The position numbers and the translations under genes were made by a program. Under the pieces are notes generated by a model. That model was not told the DNA's origin. It did not search any database and saw only the letters and a program-made list of their open reading frames with translations. This document shows positions 58,591-64,000 of a DNA stretch of 64,000 bases, one piece after another (positions within the stretch are counted from its first letter, which is position 1; every line of letters starts with the position of its first letter). The stretch comes from Scenedesmus sp. PABB004 (taxonomy: Eukaryota), in contig JABVCE010000002.1 in NCBI GenBank assembly GCA_014905635.1, positions 1,488,001 to 1,552,000 on the forward strand, read 5' to 3'.

Positions 58591-61500
58591 TCAGCCCTGC
58601 TGCTGCGGCAAGTCGTCGCGGCTGCTGCTGCTGGCGCCGCCGCCGCTGGGGCGCTGCAGCGCGGCGGCGTAGAGCTCCAGCATCGCGGGGTCGTCGTTGC
58701 CGCTGGGCGCGCCCAGCCCCCCGCCGCCGCCGTCGTCGCCGGCGCCCGGGTCTGCATGCGCCGCGGCGGCCGCCGCGGCGAGCCGCCCCAGGCGCGACGG
58801 CTGCCCCGGCCCCGCACCGGCGGCGCCGCCGCTGCCGCCCGCGCCCGCGGTGGGGCTGGCGCCGCCGCTGCCGGGCTCGAGCGTGAGCACCTGCACGCTG
58901 CCGCTGCTGGGGTGGCTGCCTGGCAGGCCAGGCGGCGCGCCCACCGAGCCGGTGGGGTCGCTCGAGCGCCGCGACTGACCGCTGCCGCCGCTGCTCGGTC
59001 GCAACCTGCGGGAGGCGGGCGCAGGGGGGGCGACGCACAGGGCGGGTGAGCGTCGGCAGCCGCGCGGGGGCGCAGAGCAGCGCAGCGCCGCAGCAGCGCC
59101 GCAGCAGCGCCGCAGCAGCGCCGCAGCAGCGCCGCAGCGGGTCCGTGCCGCACCTGTGCAAGCTGCCGATGCTGAGGCTGCTCAGCTTGCTGTCGTTGCG
59201 CCGGTGCCGGCGCGGGTCCTGGCTGAACGCGAGCTCCAGGTTGGCCAGCACCGGGTTGGTGACCGTGCCCTCGCGCTCCACCGGCGGCAGCACCTCGCCG
59301 CTGCCGCCGCCGCCGGTGAGGCTGCCCTCGCGCCCGCCGGCGCCGGGCAGGGGCTGCTCCACCGAGCCCGAGTAGCTCAGGAACGGGGGCGCGCCGTGCG
59401 GCGGCAGCGAGGCCCGCCCGCCCTCGCCCGGCGGCGCGCCCGCGAGCGACGACGCGCTGTGGCGGTGGAACAGCGCCTGCATCACGCCCGACCCGTGGCT
59501 GCCCGCGACGCCCGCGCCGCTGAGGTTGAAGCTGTGGCTGTGCGCGTGGTGGTGCGGCAGCGTGAGCGTCTCGCCGCTCGCGCTGATGCTGTAGCCGACC
59601 TGCGCGCAGCGGCGCGGGGCGCGGCGTCGTCGTCAGGCGCGGCCGGCCGGCGAGCGGCGGCCCGGGCGGCTCGGCGGCGCCCGCAAAAGGGGGAGGGGGG
59701 CTCTCCGCTCTCCCCGCGCGCGCCTGCGTCGCCGCGGAGCGCAGCTCGTTGACGTCCCACACGCGGCTCTGGGTGTTGTACGGCGGCACAAAGCCCTTGT
59801 ACCGCCCCCGCCGCCCGCCGGGCGCCGCGCCGGCGAGCGGGCTGCCGAGCGCGCCGAGCTGCGCGCGCAGGACCTTGCGCTGCACGAGGCGGCTCGCGCG
59901 CGCCATGATGCCCCGGATCTGCGCCGCGCCGCGGCCCTCCTCAAAGCCCGCCACGTCCACCGCCTCGCCGCCGCGCTCGCGCTCCACAATCTCCTGCACC
60001 AGCTGGTACCGCGCGGGGCGCAGCTGCCTGCGGCGCGCGGCGCGGCGCGGGACGCGTCGCTGGGGACCGGGGCGGAGGGGGAAGGCGGGAGGGCAGCCCG
60101 CACGCCTGCGCGCGCGTGCGGGCCCGGCGCCGGCGCCGGCGGCGGCACCCGCGGCGCGCACCGCCTGACGGCGCGCACGAAGAACACGGGCAGCAGGCAG
60201 GCGAGGGGGATGATGAGGACGGTGAGCCAGAAGGTCGGCGAGCGCGCGATGGACGCAAACGCGTGGTGCAGGTCGGTGGAGAGCTCGATCGGGAACGCGC
60301 CGTACGCGAGCAGGAAGAGCAGCCACAGCACTGTGCCACAGCACGCGCGGCGCCAGTGGCGGCGGCGGCGGCGGCGCGGCACCTTGCGGCGCGGGCCCCG
60401 GGGGAGCCGGGCGGCGCGGGGGCGGCGGCGCGGGGGCGGCGGCGCGGGGGCGCCAGGCGCGGGGGCGCCAGGCGCGGCGCGCGCACCGATGGACCCCCAG
60501 ATCGCGACGTGGTGCATCCAGGTCCACTGGTCGATGACCATGGCGAGCTGGAGGTGCGTGGTGATGATGACGGTCGTAAACATGAGCAGCCCGTTCTGCT
60601 GCAGGCTCCACGTCTGCCCGCTGCGCCGGTCGCTGTCGGTCGGGTCGCTGCCGCGCATGACCATGACGACCGTGATGCCCGCGTGCAGCAGCGCCGTGCC
60701 CAGCCAGCCCACGATGGCGGGCAGGCCAAAGTACAGGTTCTGCTGGCCTGCGCGCGCGAGAGAGAGAGGGAGAGAGAGAGGCACGGCGCGCGCAGGCGCG
60801 CGCGCGCGGCGGCAACGGCGCTCGGCGACGGCGGCGCGCCGCGCGCCGGCTCGGGCCGCCCCCACCGCAGGCCCCTGGGCCGCGCGCCCTGGGCTCGGCA
60901 CGCGCGCACGCACCCTCCCTGTAGAGCAGCGGGAAGCGCAGCCCCGCGGCCTTGTCGAGGTCGCGGTCAAACCAGCCGACCACGAGCGGCGCGGCGGCGG
61001 TGAAGACGACGTTGAAGAGGGTCATGTAGAAGTCGTTGTAGATGGGCTGCCCGCTGAACAGGCTGAACGCATTGTACACCTGACGCCGACGCCCGCGCGG
61101 CGCGGGGCGGGCGGCGAGTGAGGGGCGGGCAGCAGGGGGGAGCCGCGGCGACCGACGCGGAGGGCGGTGGCGGGGGCTGCGGCTGCTGCGGCGGCGGCGG
61201 CGGTGCGGCGCACAAAGATGGTTGAGCCGTAGAAGAGGTTTTTGTAGAAGAAGAAGTTGATCATACGCGTGATGCGCTTGTAGCTCAGCCGCCCGTGCAC
61301 GAGCAGCAGGGGCGTGAGGAAGCGGAACTGCGCGATCGCAAAGTCGCTCGCCATCGCCGCCTGCATGCCCTCCTGCCCGCTGATGCCCACGCCTGCGGCG
61401 CAGCGCGCGGGCGGCGCGCGGGTCAGCGCCCGCGCGGGCGAGAGCCCCGCGCCGCCGGCCGGCCGGCGTGCGGCGTGCGGCGGCGTGCGGCGCCGGCGCG

Positions 61501-64000
61501 GCGCACCGATGTGGGCCTTCTGGATCATGCCCACGTCGTTCGCGCCGTCGCCGATGGCGAGCGTGATGTCGCCCCACGTCTTGACGAGCGCGGTGACCTG
61601 CGCCTTTTGCAGCGGCGACACGCGGCAGCAGAGCACCGCCGCGCACTTGATGCCGACCTGCAGGAACTGCTGGCGCAGGCGCGGGCTGAGCGCGTAGAGC
61701 AGGGCCTTGCCGTCGATGACCAGCGCGTACTGCATCGCCACGCGCGCCTCGCCGTCCTCCTCCATCGTGCGCGACACCTTGCACAGCTGGCTCTCCAGCC
61801 GCTCCGCCGCGACCTGCGTCGCCTCCTCCATCTGCGGCGCGCCGGCGGCGGCGGCGCGCGGCGGCGCTGGGCTCGCCGCGGGCGGCCGGCCGGCAGGCTG
61901 GCCGGGGGCGCTCTGCCCTGCTGCGTCCGCTCCTCGCCCCCCGCCGCCGCGCAGCGCGCGCGCCAGCGCTCGCCCGCGCCCGCCCGCATGCACGCGCGCG
62001 CGCGCGCGCGTCCACGCACCCGGCCCTCCGCCTCGAGCGCCTCCACCTCTGCGCAAGAGCCGGTGAGCTGGAACTGCGTCATCTCGTCGGTGATGAGACT
62101 GCAGGCATAGCCGATGTTGATCGCCGTCTCCTGCGGCGACGCGCGCCGCCGCGGCAGCGCCGCTCGGCGGCGGCGGGGCGGCGCAGGCCAGCGCGCACGC
62201 AGCGCGCCAGCAGGCGGCGCAAGACCCTGCCGCTGCGCCGCGGCCGCCGCCGCGCCGAGGCCGCCGCGGCCGCCGCACCATCTTGTCGCCCGTCAGGACC
62301 CAGAGCCGGATGCCGGCCTGCGCGAGCGTGTTGATGCACTGCGGCACGCCCTCCTGCAGCTTGTCCTCGATCGCGGTGCAGCCGAGGAGCAGCAGGTCCT
62401 TCTCCACCTGCTCCCCGACCGCATCCACCTTGGCCGCGCGGTCGACCATGCAGAGCTTGGCCTCGATGAAGCGCTCGTTCCACCTGGGGGGACGGGGGCG
62501 CGGGTGCGGGTGCGGCGCGCGGGCGCGGCGCGGCGCTCAGTGCGCGCCGGCCCGGCGCCGGCGCGGCGCGGCGGGGGCGGGCCGCGCCGCCGGGGCCCCG
62601 CCGCGCGGCGGCGCGCCCCGCCGGCGCCCCGGGGACGCACTCGTCGTAAAACTTGGGGTCGAGCTCGGCGTAGGCGAGGCAGAGCGTGCGCAGGCCGGCG
62701 CTGCCAAACTCCTCCATGTGCGCGAGCGTGACCTCCTTGAGCGCGCCGTTGAGCGGGTGCCGCCGGCAGAGGCGCTCGTAGATCACCGTGTCCGCGCCCT
62801 GGAGAGGCGTCCCGCGGCGCGGCGCGGCGTGGGTCGGGCGCGCGCCGGCCGCGCCGCGCCTGACGGGCCCCCCGCGCGCGCAGCGCCCCGTGGCCGGCGG
62901 CGGCGGCCCCGGCGGCAGCGGCGTGCCGCGCCTTGCAGTAGAGTATGATTTTGTTGTCGGGCGTGCGCACGATGACGCTCATGCGCTTGCGCGTCGAGTT
63001 GAACTCGAGGATGTTGAGCACCTCGTACTCGGTCTCGCGCGTGACGTCGGGCAGGCGCTCGCGCAGCGTGACGACCGTGTTGGTGCGCTTGACGAGGAAG
63101 AAGCCAAACACCTTGGCCGCGACCACGAGCGCCGCCTCGTCGGGCGACTCCGCCTCGTAGCGGATCGCCTCGGGCAGCGCCGGGCCTGCGCCGGCGGGGA
63201 GCAGGCGGGCGGGCGGCGGGCGGGCGGGCGGGGCGGGCGGGCGGGCGGCGGGCGGGCGGGCGGGCGGGCGGGCGGGCGGGCGGCGGGCGGGCGGGCGGGC
63301 GGGCGGGCGGGCGGGCGGGCGGGCGGGCGGGCGGGCGGGCGGCGCGCGGGCGGGGGCGTGGGCGGGCGGGCCGGCGGCGGTGCGCGCACGCCGGCGTGCG
63401 GGCGGGCGCGCGCTGCGCGCGTCGCGCGTCGCGGCTCGCCGTCTGGGATGACGGTGTTGCAGAGCGCGAGGAGGCGGAAGAACTGCGCGGCGACGTCGGG
63501 GTTGGGCTGCCGCGCCCACTCGGTGCCCATGAGGCGGTCGTCGTAAAAGTTGAAAAACTGCTCCCGGTACTTGTTGTCACCCTCCTCGTCCGCGACGTCC
63601 AGCTTCAGCCCGCGCCTGCCGCGCGTCGGGAGCGCACGCGGCGGCGTCGGCGGCGGCGGCGCGGCGGGGCTGGTCGCCCCGGGGCGGCCCTGCCCCCGGC
63701 CCGGCCGCGCGGCGCGGCGCCGCGCGGTGTGCGCCGCGCGCACCGCTCCGCGTTGTTGCGCTCAATCTCGGTGATGCCCGCGCCGTACGCGACGCCGGCG
63801 ATGGAGCACTTGAAGAACTCCATAACGTTGCGCGTCAGCGTGCCTGGGCGCGAGCGCACGGGCGGGCCCGAGCGCGCGGGCGGGCGTGAGTGCGGCGCGG
63901 CGGCGGCGGCGCGCCGCGGCGGCGGCGCGCGGCGCGGCGCACCGGTCTTGTCTGAGAGGATGGTGTTGACCATGCCGAGCTCCTCGTTGAGGTTGCTCGT
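58591..64000 (-). CDS. P4-type ATPase phospholipid flippase (ALA family), 3' part; 5' end lies beyond the window
   Basis: [99 protein letters not shown]. Confidence 0.97.
63205..63372. repeat. (GGGC)n tetranucleotide microsatellite in a flippase intron
   Basis: Long run of gcgg/gggc units with a few interruptions. Confidence 0.9.

Noticed and set aside
63205..63372. (GGGC)n tract as a functional G-quadruplex element
   Set aside because: G4-capable, but such runs are expected at this composition, and the G-rich strand is the template rather than the mRNA strand.

Overview
Gene-dense eukaryotic nuclear DNA of extreme GC content (roughly 80% by eye), most consistent with a chlorophycean green alga, possibly Sphaeropleales. 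This is inferred from plastid fibrillin, RUS, TSET/TPLATE WD40, a plant-type tandem CCCH protein, TGTAA-type poly(A) signals and short G/C-rich introns. Manual splicing gives 21 protein-coding genes, in order: F-box/LRR, OXA2/COX18-like insertase with TPR tail, COX16, Rab11/RabA, fibrillin, SDHAF2, a hypothetical protein, EME1, nucleolin, UBL-HRQ1 helicase, intronless RUS/DUF647, FYV7/TAP26, an HMG-box/histone-fold fusion, proline iminopeptidase, purine nucleoside phosphorylase, SF3B3, a Cys-rich hypothetical protein, a divergent JmjC protein, a tandem CCCH zinc finger, TWD40-2/TTRAY2 and the 3' part of a P4-ATPase flippase. No rRNA, tRNA, CRISPR array or transposase was recognised, and I found no clear multi-gene novel system. 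The strongest unusual signal is that about one intron in five uses a GC 5' splice site. Others are a GC-shifted poly(A) signal, an adjacent COX18-like/COX16 pair, an HMG-histone-fold protein with a PIP-box-like tail, a trimeric-type PNP, candidate bicistronic pairs and two apparent 1-nt frameshifts. All calls are by-eye motif recognition; no database search was run.
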